NCBI GenBank assembly: GCA_977020255.1
Contig: CDROCS010005932.1
Location: forward strand, 1 to 64,000
Source of the DNA: Obrimoposthia wandeli
Taxonomy: Eukaryota
DNA: 64,000 bases
Direction: 5' to 3'
The position numbers were made by a program, and so were the translations under genes. Every line of letters begins with the position of its first letter. Position 1 is the stretch's first letter. The notes under the pieces were generated by a model. It saw only the letters and a program-made list of their open reading frames with translations. It was not told the DNA's origin and did no database searches. This document shows, piece by piece, positions 63,300 through 64,000 of this stretch.

Positions 63300-64000
63300 G
63301 GATTGCGATTTTTACACACAAATGAAAGCAGCTAATACAGAAAAGAGTTGGTCAGAGTAGAGTCATCAACAAAGCCAATCTTGTGCTCTTAAAAGCATCA
63401 ATTGCAGTTTATTTGTAAAAGCTAAGAGGCCCCATTCCATTTATGAAAGTCCCATGTGCATGTCATGTGCAAAAATACGGAGCTTGATGTTATGAATAAA
63501 TTATCTACCTACTTAGACAAAGCTGGTTACCAGTGGTCAAAATTGTGCGAGTCTGTACAGATGGTGCGTCATCTATGTTGGGGTCCGATCAAAAATGTTA
63601 AATATAGATTCAGGAAAGGAGTGTCATGCTCTGATAGTCCATGACTTAATCCATCGTTAGGCGTTAGTCTTGACAACACTCCCCAAATCCCAAATGAAGA
63701 AAATGGACTTAATTATGTCTACTACATAGTGCGTAGTGTTCTGGAAATTGCCCTTTGGTGACGTATTCAAAGGACAGACTCAAAACAAACTAAATGTACT
63801 TTTCACACAAACGTGTACTGACTGTCGAGAGAAATTTTTGTTTTTCGTATATGTTCTGTTCAAGGAAATTAAACCCTTCCTCGATATTCAGTATATTAAC
63901 ACAAATGCACAACTCGAGCTTTAAACTCGGCTTAACCTATCTAGTTGACATATTTTCTGTGCTTAACTCATTAAATCTTAATCTGCAAGGTCGAGCACCT
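63300..64000 (+). mobile_element. hAT-Charlie (SCAND3/ZBED5-like) transposase remnant running out of the window
   Basis: KAS.AV..., W.K...VCTDGASSMLG motifs across frameshifts. Confidence 0.55.

Overview
AT-rich eukaryotic, intron-containing animal genomic DNA. The host is planarian-like by composition and element content, but this is inference and not established. Two host genes are recognisable: a 3-exon YY1/pleiohomeotic zinc-finger gene (26959-32089) and a 6-exon MAT2B gene (49409-61770). The rest is mostly transposons: an intact-ORF piggyBac, BEL/Pao derivatives, nested hATs, a Merlin derivative, MULE, Chapaev-like and Tc1-like relics, MITEs and a tRNA-derived repeat. The main result is a giant (>19 kb) Ty3/Gypsy LTR element, present as two decayed copies (A: <1-18874; B: 33358-35041 plus 38315-45127). 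The two copies are broken at different sites, so aligning them reconstructs one continuous reading frame from the integrase C-terminus to the end of the membrane region. The upstream order Gag, protease-like, BIR, RING, protease, RT, RNaseH, integrase is inferred. After the integrase come three IPT/TIG-like repeats, a dual-specificity phosphatase, a pseudophosphatase, and membrane-protein units with internal signal-peptide-like segments. Three small RING-H2 ORFs follow, each right behind a splice acceptor, and then a 3.1-kb LTR holding a 64-bp tandem array. The cargo resembles the apoptosis- and signalling-modulating kit of large DNA viruses. Copy B ends at a ~230-bp fold-back palindrome next to a decayed SF3-helicase-like ORF, possibly an endogenous ssDNA-virus-like element. 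All domain calls come from manual motif reading, without database searches.
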